NCBI GenBank assembly: GCA_951406725.2
Contig: OX597831.1
Location: forward strand, 42,160,001 to 42,224,000
Length of the DNA stretch: 64,000 nt
Direction: 5' to 3'
Origin: Octopus vulgaris
Taxonomy: Eukaryota
Numbering within the stretch: the stretch's first letter is position 1; each line of letters starts with the position of its first letter. The position numbers and the translations under genes are program-made. Shown here one piece after another: positions 1 through 9,410 of this stretch. Under the pieces are notes generated by a model. That model made no database searches. It had not been told where the DNA came from and saw only the letters and a program-made list of their open reading frames with translations.

Positions 1-301
1 AAACTTTGGTTTCCAATATTTTATTATTTTTATTCAGCTCGCAAGTTCGTCTGTCCCTTTTAAATGTTAGCGTCTTGCTGTCTGCCTTGAAGCAGACCTT
101 TCCGTTGCCACTGCCTGATATTTATGATTGATCTTTCTAAATATTTTATTTCTCAACTTACTCAAGATTTTCTGTTGTTTATAAATCGGAGAGAAATAGA
201 TAAAGATAGAGAGTCAGAGAAAGCGAGGGAGAGTCCGAGAGAAAAGAAAAGTAAGAGAGTGGGAAAGTGAGAGAGAAAGGAGAGAGAAACAAAGACGGAG
301 A

Positions 302-610
302 ATCATCATCATCATCATCGTTTAACGTCCGTTTTCCGTGCTAGCACGGGTTGGACAGTGTGACCGGGGTCTGGGAAGCCAGGAGGCTGCACCAGGCTCC
401 AGTCTGATCTGGCAGTGTTTCTACAGGTGGATGACCTTCCTAACGCCAACCACTCTGTGAGTGTAGTGGGTGCTTTTTCGTGCCGCCGGCACAGGTGCCA
501 GGGGGGCTCGCAGCGGCAACGATCGGTTGGTGCTTTTTACGTGTCACCGGCACAGAAGCAAGTCAAGGCGGCGCTGCAATCGGCCACGTTCGGATGGTGC
601 TTTTTACGTG
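302..610 (-). mobile_element. RTE-LINE 3' end / RTE-tailed SINE copy (family C)
   Basis: Minus strand reads ...gagtggttggcgttaggaaggtcatccacctgtagaaa...ggaaaacggacgttaaacgatgatgat with a (GAT)n tail. The same tail follows RTE ORF2 C-terminal coding sequence at 56550-57075. Confidence 0.8.
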
Positions 611-611
611 C

Positions 612-800
612 TGAAAGGAAGCAACAGAAAGTAACAACCACACTCTTACCCGCGCGTAGAGCGGGTCACCTTCAGCTAGTCTCTCTATATAAAACTGAAA
701 TGCGTTTTTACCGCTTGGATCGCTTTCAATGCCACTACATCCCGTCCGATTCGCTCCAAAATTTACAGGGACATGTAGAATGAGGTGACGATGCCTGTGG
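612..800 (+). mobile_element. Non-autonomous Helitron-like remnant with a 3' end joined directly to a 5' end
   Basis: GC hairpin acccgc-gcgtaga-gcgggt (648-666), then 9 nt, then CTAG (676-679), immediately followed by TCTCTCTATATAAAA (from 680). Outer limits are approximate. Confidence 0.55.
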
Positions 801-1329
801 GCTACCTTAGAAATCCCTATCTTAAAAGGTGTGGTTGCTAGGGGCCATCTTCCTCACTCATGCTATTTCCTCCATTACCCTCTCACTCCCCTTCATATAT
901 AACTTTGACAGATCCACTACCTTTATTTAAAGTATCTGTCTTCCTAAAATCAATCTCGCTATTTCCTCTCTTTTCACTCACTCTGTTTCCTACCTTCCCA
1001 TCACGTCGGCATTCTTTTATGTATCTGTCTGTCACCAACAACATACGAGCATGAGAACAAATATTATGAATCAGATATTCTTGCGTTCATTTATATGTGA
1101 GTGTGTGTTCTATATATAAATCATCATCATCATCATCATCGTTTAACGTCCGTTTTCCGCGCTGTATGTGTGTGTGTTCTATATATAAATATGTATATAT
1201 AATGTATATATACAAAGTGTATATATCTGTATTTATGTATATTAAACCTTTTCATACTTTTTCATAGTTATATATATATTTTAAACAAATTATAAATATA
1301 ATTTAATAATTTTTGCGTGATGTAGATAT

Positions 1330-1700
1330 GCCATTTGAATATGGCTAACTCCTAAGGGTGGATGCTACTGTAGTTTTTAGCCCCAGGGAGACATCTCCTC
1401 CAGCTGGCTATAGACACACTTTCTGTGGCCTATCAGTATTTGCAAAGGGAAGCCATCCTTCCCGTCTTCAACTTATGATACACACAGACCCGAGTTTCAA
1501 GGTATTGACCTATCATCAGCGTGTGACAATCACAGTTGTCGATAGGAAGTTTCAATTTAAATAATTTAAATTTTTCAATTTTGTATTTTATATATTTTCT
1601 ATATATTTTTTTAATGTTTTTGTTTTTGGTTTTTCACTGTTTGATTTGCCTATTAGTGGTTTTATCTCTAATTTAATTTATACAGATATATATCTCATTT
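1330..1700 (-). mobile_element. Penelope-like element pseudo-LTR remnant
   Basis: Contains a type I minimal hammerhead motif, the hallmark of PLE pLTRs. Flanks are AT-rich and boundaries approximate. Confidence 0.55.
1481..1525 (-). ncRNA. Type I minimal hammerhead ribozyme
   Basis: Minus strand: CACACG-CUGAUGA-U-AGGU-CAAU-ACCU-U-GAAA-C-UCGG-GUC/UGUGUG. Stem I CACACG pairs with UGUGUG, the core boxes are intact, and the triplet is GUC (cut between 1487 and 1486). The base of stem II is a U-U mismatch. Confidence 0.8.
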
Positions 1701-1707
1701 GTATACT

Positions 1708-2137
1708 TCGCCGCTTGAAGCAGTTTTTTAGTACAAATTGTCTCCCCGATCCGAACAAGTTGAGGAATCTGTGCCGCAGAGAGCTGTATTCAAATATGAA
1801 TGGAGGCACCCGAGCAAAGCGCCGGAGGTTTCACGAGGAAGAGAAGGGACCCGTTTGCGTGAAAATAGGGGAGGAAGTCTGGGTTAAGCCACCAAAGGCG
1901 CGCTGTACGTCTCAATGGAGCAGAGGAACGGTGACGGCGGTCAATTCCAGAAACAACGTCTCCGTGGATGGAATGCCGCGACACGTCTTGGACCTTCGCA
2001 GGATTGTCGCTTCGACGGACGACGATTCTGGAGAGGGGGAGAACGAGGTGCCCAGCTTGAGAAGATCTCGACGCGCAAGACGCCCTCCCGGTTGGATGGT
2101 GGACTACGACATGGAGCGGAGAGATTGTGATCTTTAA
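1708..2137 (+). pseudogene. Gypsy/Ty3 LTR retrotransposon integrase C-terminal fragment
   Basis: SPLEAVF*YKLSPRSEQVEESVPQRAVFKYEWRHP, then a frameshift into VKIGEEVWVKPPKARCTSQWSRGTV...GMPRHVLDLRR...LRRSRRARRPPGWMVDY, a typical Gypsy pol end. It is followed by a purine-rich tract and an LTR. Confidence 0.8.
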
Positions 2138-2150
2138 GATCAGGGTGGCG

Positions 2151-2543
2151 TGTGGGATGACGTTAGCAGCTGGGTGAGCTGACCGGAAGTTGGGGCAACC
2201 GGAAGGGGAGCCGTGAGGCGCGCGCAGGGAGCGGCGATTTCGGCCTTTCGAACCAGGGTCGTCGACGTGTCAAGACGGGGAAGACGTTGCTAAGGTTGGG
2301 TGAAGCAGCTGCTATCTTTAGCGTACGGGGCTGTGTCGAAGGATCCGTTACCACTGAAGGGTCTCCATCGGAGCGAAGAGAAGGTAGGTACCTTTATATT
2401 CGATCCGATGGAGACCCTTCAGTGGTAACGGATCCTTCGACACAGCCCCGACCCGAACGCTAAAGATAGCAGCTGCTTCACCCAACCTTAGCAATGTCTT
2501 CCCCGTCTTGACACGTCGACAACCCTATCGCGCACACACTACA
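2151..2543 (+). mobile_element. 3' LTR of the Gypsy element (TGT...ACA) containing a ~270-bp palindrome
   Basis: PPT-like agatcagggtggcg (2137-2150) directly precedes TGTGG, and the LTR ends at cactACA (2543). An internal inverted repeat spans 2255-2526. Confidence 0.7.
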
Positions 2544-3489
2544 TGACTATATTCAGGTTACACACCTAGGATCATCTCGTAACACACAAGTGTGCCGCGA
2601 CATACCAGTTGCGGAGCACTAATGTTTACTCTTGAAAACGTCGTTGGGAAATTCCATAAATAAAATAAGCGTTTTCAAAGGAAGTTAGTGTGAAATTTTT
2701 CCTGTCCATATCGATCTGAATATATCTAACAATGCTTGATTGGGTATTTATTTGGTACAAGGATAGAAACGATAATATTAATTAAATATCAGTTCTCGGA
2801 AAAGCGATTTAACTGATTTTTCATTCTATCCTTAGGACATCAAAGGAGTAATCTAAAGTTACCTCCCTTCGTTCTGTACTTATATACGTAATATATTCTT
2901 TTATTCTTTTACTTGTTTCAGTAAATTGACTGCGGCCGTGCTGGAGCACCTCCTTAACTGTTTAAGTCGAACAAATCGACCCCAGGACTTACTTTTTGTA
3001 AGCCTAGTACTTATTCTATCGGGAAATTTTTGCCGAACTGCTAAGTTATAGGAACACACCATCGGTTGTCCAGCGATAATGGTGGGAACAAGCACAGACA
3101 CACAAATATATATATATGGGACTGGACCCGGAATCATGTGGTTGGGAAGCAAGCTTCTTTATTTCTTTTAAATTACCATAAAGACATTACATAGAGGGGG
3201 AGACTACAACTTCATGTGGGGGACATATAACAATTAAAATAAAAATATGGTACTATGAATGACACATGAAAATGAACATGAAAAACATTAAAATCAAAAT
3301 ATTAAAATAATGATACATGAATGATAACTGAGAAATGAGAATTTGAAAAGTCTGTTACTCAACCCACACCGAGTAAGATCACTCGCCACCTCTGAATCCT
3401 GAGTCCTCTTTTGTCTTTGATCTAGTCTTTCGTTTACCGTTTTACCCATCGCTGAGTGACAACACTCTCTCCTCCATCTACACGTAACC

Positions 3490-3719
3490 TATTTCTTTAT
3501 TACCCACAAGGGGCTAAACACAGAGGGAACAAACAAGGACAGACATAGGTATTAAGTCAATTACATCGATCCCCAGTTCGTAACTGGTACTTAATTTATC
3601 GACCCCGAAAGGATGAAAGGCAAAGTCGACCTCGGCGGAATTTGAACTCACAACGTAACGCAGACGAAATACCGCTAAGCATTTCGCCCGGCGTGCTAAC
3701 GTTTCTGCCAGCTCGCCGC
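3490..3719 (-). mobile_element. tRNA-derived SINE family B, full length, with TSD
   Basis: Minus strand ggcggcgagctggcagaaacgttagc...gagttcaaattcc (A/B boxes)...gtcgactttgcctttcatcctttcggggtcgataaattaagtaccag (Meta-like central domain, from memory). TSD ctacacgtaacc at 3478-3489 and 3720-3731. Confidence 0.9.
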
Positions 3720-3729
3720 CTACACGTAA

Positions 3730-4786
3730 CCGTTTTCACCGGGGGAGGGGCTCTTGTAAATTTTGTGGTGTCTGTTCTTTCTTCTTTTTTTTTTCTGTGA
3801 GGAGAGAGGGTGGGTGGGTTTGGTGTCTGTATGGGGAGGGTGGGTCTGAGTGGTCTTGGGTGGGATCGAGTTGGTCTGGGGTCCCACACCACAGTGACTG
3901 TTCTTCCTCTTCTTTCTCTTTTTCCTTTTATTCTCCGTCACTGTCTACTCATCCTCCTTGTTCCTTCCATCTGTTTGTACTTCTTCCTTTTTCTCCGTCT
4001 CCACCACCGCTTCTGTCATTTTCCTCTGTCGTGGGCAGTGCGCTCTAATGTGGCCCTTTTGTCCACATTTAAAACATTGTAGGATTCTGCCCTCCGCCCA
4101 CACTCTTAAAACAATCTCTCCCAACGTCACCATCTTCGCCAAACTCTCCAATTGCCTCTCCTCTGCCTGTATAATGAGGGTCAGTGTTTTTCCTCTCCAT
4201 CCTCCATTTCCGTGGCTTGGAGGACAGCCACCTCCTCCACACTTCCAGCAAGGACGGCTGCCTAAACCCAAGCCGTTTCTATATCGGGTGGAATTCCTTC
4301 TACCCTCACCTTAGAAGTCTTTCTTCCAAGGTACGTGGGTAGAAGTACCACTTCCTCCGTTCTCACCGCTGTACTCGCCAACTTCTTTGCCTCCTCCGCT
4401 GTCCTAAACTGGACAACCATCGTCCCCTATCCATTTCCTTTTGATATGTATGTCACTTCCTTCGAAAGCCCCTTCAATGCCTTTTCTACTCTTTCCATCT
4501 CCATCCGCTCCACCTTCCTACGCTCCACTGAGTATACCTTGTAAGTAATAGTCTTCTTTTCCATATTTTCCATAACCCTTTTCGGGAGTAATAACTTCAC
4601 GTTACCTCCCACCTTTTGTATCTTACTCAGCTCCATCAGTCCGGCTAGGTCCACCTCCCCTTTCTTCACCTCTGCAGCGTTAGTAAAACTCTTTACACTT
4701 TCCAAATGCTCGTCCATTCTATTTACCGTCTTAACGAGCTCCTCCTCCACTGAGGACAGCTCATACTCGCTAAGGTCTGAATACAT
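3730..4786 (-). pseudogene. Decayed retrotransposon ORF1/gag-like protein (RRM-like region, CCHC zinc knuckle, Lys/Arg-rich tail)
   Basis: MYSDLSEYELSS...YISKGNG*GTMVVQFRTAEEAKK...KVRVEGIPPDI..., a frameshift, then WRGKTLTLII...EGRILQCFKCGQKGHIRAHCP...NKRKKRKKRK. Several stops and frameshifts. Confidence 0.75.
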
Positions 4787-5191
4787 TTTTTCCACCGGTA
4801 TAATAAACTCACTGACAAACTGCTGCCAAACAGCACAAAAGTTTCCGTCCGACTCGTCAAAAATCAACACAGCGAATAAACCGACGCATGCGCGGGAAGC
4901 AAGCTTCTTACCACACAGCCACTCCTGCACCTATCTACACATACATAATTGTTAAAATATTATGTTCCCGTTCCCTCTTTCGCTTTGTGTAAGTGGTATG
5001 CATGTGATGGGTATGTATGTGTCTCTTCTATTTTTTAAATTTCTATAAATTTTCCACTGAAGAGGGAGCTGGTTTCCAACAAAGATACAAGGCTCCATCT
5101 TTGGGATGTAATTAACACAGACAAATTTACATTTGGAACTTGAGAAAAGTCTTGCATATTTTTACTGTTCCGCTCACAATTGTACGAATCA

Positions 5192-5212
5192 GTATGTATG
5201 TATGTATGTATG

Positions 5213-5243
<31 letters not shown>

Positions 5244-5495
5244 CCACATGTGAATCGTTGGCAATTTTTCCCCTCCGTCTTCCTTTTCTATTGGACTTAC
5301 TTCTATCTCCTGTTTCTGAAGAGCTTTGCTCGAAACGTAAAATCATCTTTCTTTCCTTCCCCGAACGTCTGCTAATACTTTACATGTACCACGTGTTCGT
5401 GTTAGTGTTTTTTTGTGTGTTTGTTCTTCGTTCTCTTTTTGGATTTACTATACATACATACATACATACATACATACATACATACATACATACAT

Positions 5496-5545
<50 letters not shown>

Positions 5546-5570
5546 TGACAGACAGACACACACACACATA
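5192..5570. repeat. (TATG)n ... (CATA)n(CAGA)n microsatellites in inverted orientation
   Basis: Read directly from the sequence. Confidence 0.95.
5243..5448 (+). mobile_element. Penelope-like pLTR remnant with degenerate hammerhead (5313-5342)
   Basis: UUU-CUGAAGA-GCUUUGCUC-GAAA-C-GUA/AAA with a palindromic ACGU stem III typical of PLE hammerheads. It sits between (TATG)n and (CATA)n tracts. Confidence 0.6.
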
Positions 5571-7616
5571 TAAGCCTCAGGTTCAGACAGTTTTTTGTCA
5601 TTCAAACTCATCTGGTTTTTGCTGATCCACCGTGTGCGTGCTCATGTTTGTGTAATACTTAGTTCTTGCATATAGCCTACCATCGTTTTCCCAACCTATA
5701 TAGAGATCGACTTTCCTGTTGACTGGAAACAGGATTCGAACTCAGCATACTTTAAACAGAGAGAACACAGCCTGCAAAGTATCTTGTCCATCGATCTACC
5801 ATTCCAAATATTTAAGTCTTTGATGTATTTCACTTCCATTCACATAGAATATCGAATATACATTGCACACATACATATTTTGTATATTCATCCACACACA
5901 CATGCATTAGCGTTGCCCGGGTGTTATGACCTACAGTGACATTATATTATTTGTTCTTTTCCTATAGGCAGAATAGGCACACAAGGAGTATGAAGACAAC
6001 CATTCTTTATAAACGTGTTTTTCGGTCATTTTCTGATGAAAAACGCTGCAGTTTCTCTCTACCAAATTCCGTCACAAGTCTTTGGTTGGCCTAGGGCTAT
6101 AGTAGAGAGGGACTGAACGTGGAACCATGTGGTTGGGAAGCAAACTTCTCAACCACACAGTCATTTTTGCACCAAATGCACGCATGTCTGTGTATGTTAG
6201 ATTTGTTGCCTCCCTTAGCTAAAGGCCTCAAAATTATGCGACCCGACCTCATTTTCGAGGTTATTTTTGTAGTAAAAATAAGAGTTATTGTGCAAAAGGC
6301 ATAGTTTATTTAGTAGTCAAAAGATTACCGAATCTTTTGATACCTCACACGTCAAAATCGGCAACATAGGTACACACACACACACACACACGCACGCTCA
6401 TTCTTGTTGTAAATGCTCCTTCAAGATAAATTTATAAAGGAAGATCACATGTCTGTAAACCTCTAAGGTCTGGAGTGGCTGAGTTAAAAAAAGATTAATC
6501 AATAATTGTAGTAGGCGTTGAGGTTTGCCGTTAAGTTATTGTTGAAGCGACTATCTGAAGTAGTTTCGAATTCTCAGTTAATTTCCTCCAGTTAATGTCA
6601 CCTTATTTAATTTCTTTGTAAACACATGCGCGCGCGCGCACACACACAAATCGTGTTCCCTAAACAAATTCAAGGTGGAATATTGTGCTGAAAAATAAAA
6701 ATATAGATATATGGAAATAAATAATTATCATAAATATTGATTGCTAACATTGACACAAGGTCACACATTTTCTAGGGCAAAGAGTATATAGAAGTATTGA
6801 TCTGGTCCAACAGTTGTCAAGTACCTTATATCATCAAAAGTCAACCTCGATGAGATTTGAACCGAAAACCTATAAAGGGACGTAACTCCATGTACTATAA
6901 AGACAAAAATTACAATTCTTTGATGAGAATTGTCGGGAAAGACCTCAACAGCGAATAGATAGCTAACTGAGAATTAAACGCGCTGGACTAGTTGTTTTAC
7001 TGCACCTGTAACTCTAAGCTTTACCTGTCATGTTACTATATTGTAGTATTTATTTGAAGAAATCCGATTGTGTTCAATGACATATAACGAAGTCATTGAA
7101 AAAACTCTCATGCATGTATGTATGTATGTGTCTATCTTATTGAAGTCAGACGGAAAGTGAATTTTATATTAAGGAAATAAATGTAAATATAAGTTGAGAG
7201 TTAAGTCCAGTGTCGGTGCTGACTGAGCAGATAGCTGGACTGTCTATGATCAAAGACAGTCCAGCTATGGCTATCATGTCATATTTTGTTCTAGACCTAG
7301 TGCACCTCGAGCTACATTGACTCGTGTGTCTTTTTTGTTTTGTTTTTGTTTTTATAAGACAACAAGATATAACTTGGCTGCTATTTCTAGTCGATCGAAT
7401 GGCCACATCGGAACTCCCTGTCGTTCGACTTGTGGTCAATCCTAAATTTGCAAGTCCGATGACCAAAGCCCTTACAACCGAAACCATTTCCCATATTAGA
7501 GATTATTAAGTCTTGAATAATCCAGTGTCATTTTTCCACCCCCTTTCAAAGCAGCAATGAAATGTAGTGATATGAACGAGGAGATTTTACTACCATCCGT
7601 TTCTAGCATCCTAGAA

Positions 7617-7769
7617 CAAGCATGGGTAACTTTTTCCCCGAAGCGAGCCGCATGAGATACGACTCATCATTACGCCAGTCGTACCTCTAAAAATAAAATC
7701 GAAGACAATAAATATTTCGTTATGCGTGCTATTCAGAAAGTCCTCCGGGCCGTAGGGTGACCATGACTA
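7617..7769. mobile_element. hAT/Charlie-type MITE
   Basis: Degenerate TIRs caagcatgggtaac / gtgaccatgacta and internal gccgca/gggccgta motifs. The imperfect 8-bp TSD tcctagaa / atctagaa matches the NTCTAGAN Charlie target. Confidence 0.65.
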
Positions 7770-8249
7770 ATCTAGAATGACGATATAGATTGAATAAACT
7801 GACTCGTTGGGAGAAATGGTTTACGAAAGTGCGGCTTTTAAATCTCACAGCCGTTACGCCCACTTTACCCAGAATTCCATTTTCAGTCTAGAATCTGTGA
7901 TAAGGCTTCTTGGTTCGAAGAAGGAAAAAAAGCTGCTTTCACACACACATATCATACATATATTATATTATATACACACATAACAAATATTTACATAGAT
8001 ATATGTATGTATTTATTTACTGCAGGAGTGTTATTTGCAACCACAACAAGAAAAAGAAGCTGAATAACTGTAGAATAATGCCAACGTAAGGGGGGTACCT
8101 TTGAAAGAAAACCTGTTTTTCTCTTATAGTGTTTGTGACCCTGTCATGCTCTTCTGGGGGGTGTTTATTATTGGCAGCAGTCTTTGAAACAATTGCCCCC
8201 TCATCCACAAAAAGTCAACAGCTAAAATATCGTTAATACTAATTGAAGG

Positions 8250-8739
8250 CTTTTGTTTTGTGTGTAGGCACCTCAGAATTAGTATTAATTCCAGATAACT
8301 ATCTTTTCATTTATATATTTATTTTGTCATTTTGTGTGTGATCTAAGTTTTACCATACAACCAAAAAAAAAAAAAGAAAAGTGAAGCCAAGACATTAAAA
8401 AAAACAAAAAAAAAACAAACTAAAAAACAATCCGCAGCAATTCCTTGACAATTTCTTTCGTTGTCGTAATAATATATGTTACATAAATCATCGTCGTTTC
8501 ATCATAGAAATCGGTAAATTTGGTAAATTGTGTGGCAGATTTTTCACCAAACGACGTAAAGAACCAAAAAACAAAAAAACAAAAAATTGAATTAACAAAA
8601 AGACAGCAATTCCAGTCGATACATGTACATATATATATAAATTTAAAATATATATGTATAGAAATATGATACTTTAAATCACTTTGGCATTAGGATATCT
8701 CTTGTGTCAAAAATTTTATCACAATGAAAACATATCAAG
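8250..8739 (+). other. Candidate 5' (first/UTR) exon of a + strand host gene
   Basis: TE-free, CpG-retaining, A-rich UTR-like sequence ending in a strong donor AAG|GTAAGG (8739/8740), with ATG AAA ACA TAT CAA G at 8724. The start is not defined. Confidence 0.4.
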
Positions 8740-9209
8740 GTAAGGAATTTTAGCCTTATTTTAATATGTGAAAATTAATATATTTTCTATTTCTGCGTGT
8801 GTATTTATGTAATTTTATTTGTAATGAGTCGTGTGTGTTTGTGTGTGTATATATATATATATATGTCTTCCATGTGTATATAAGTACATTATTATAATTG
8901 GTTGATCATGGTTGTGGTTTTTCATTTGCAATGCTTTGATATTCGGGCAAATAAAAGACAAGATATCTTGAATTTTACCCACGTTATTGCTAACTCTAGC
9001 AGTTCAGCATAAGCGAATCCAGAAGCCATGTATTCGGCAACGCGACAGTTTTACTAATTAATAGTTAAGTAATTGTACGTTATATACGCCAAAGTTGATT
9101 TAAAAAAAAACAATTACAGAAATGATACAAAAAAAAAAGAAAAACCAACTTATAAACAAGTTCTAGTATAACTATGACATTTGTACGCCGGTTGAAGCTA
9201 TACTTGAGA

Positions 9210-9410
9210 AATCTTCTATGTGATCGCTTGACCTGCTAGATATGGCAGCCAAACCTCTCTCAAACCACACCTTACAGTTTCTGGAAAGGAACGGACGCGT
9301 CAGATGATGTTGACTTAATAATACTTTTATAAAGGACGACATGGTCACGATTAGAATGCTTTTGATTATGTCGGTTCGATCAAACATGATCTTGGGACTC
9401 AACCAGAGAG
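9210..9410 (+). mobile_element. Old dispersed repeat family E (representative copy)
   Basis: The motif gacctgctaga(a)atagcagccaaatctccctcaaa...ctttgatcataggtctgctc recurs near 7200-7430, 10040-10200, 10680-10915, 11030-11210, 14160-14380, 19910-20000, 27150-27320, 50650-50710 and 59050-59230. Confidence 0.6.

Larger units (their letters stand above)
3160..4893 (-). mobile_element. ORF1-only L1/Tx1-like (HAL1-like) non-autonomous retroelement
   Basis: Bounded by a 16-bp TSD gggaagcaagcttctt (3144-3159 and 4894-4909). It has a ~107-nt 5' UTR, a decayed ORF1 from ATG 4786, and AATAAA at the 3' end. No RT or endonuclease sequence was seen. Confidence 0.7.
2900..4931 (-). mobile_element. tRNA-derived SINE family A copy (2900-3159 plus 4894-4931) split by an insertion
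   Basis: The head ggtgcaggagtggctgtgtggtaagaagcttgcttccc (4931-4894) continues at 3159-3120. The 3' module ends at ~2900. Confidence 0.85.

Noticed and set aside
1333-1795. Short inverted repeat atttgaata / tattcaaat suggesting a MITE
   Set aside because: The right copy lies inside the Gypsy integrase frame (VFKY), so the match is coincidental.
6032-6050. CTGATGA motifs here, at 10058 and at 48519 as further hammerheads
   Set aside because: No stem II plus GAAA plus NUH arrangement follows any of them.
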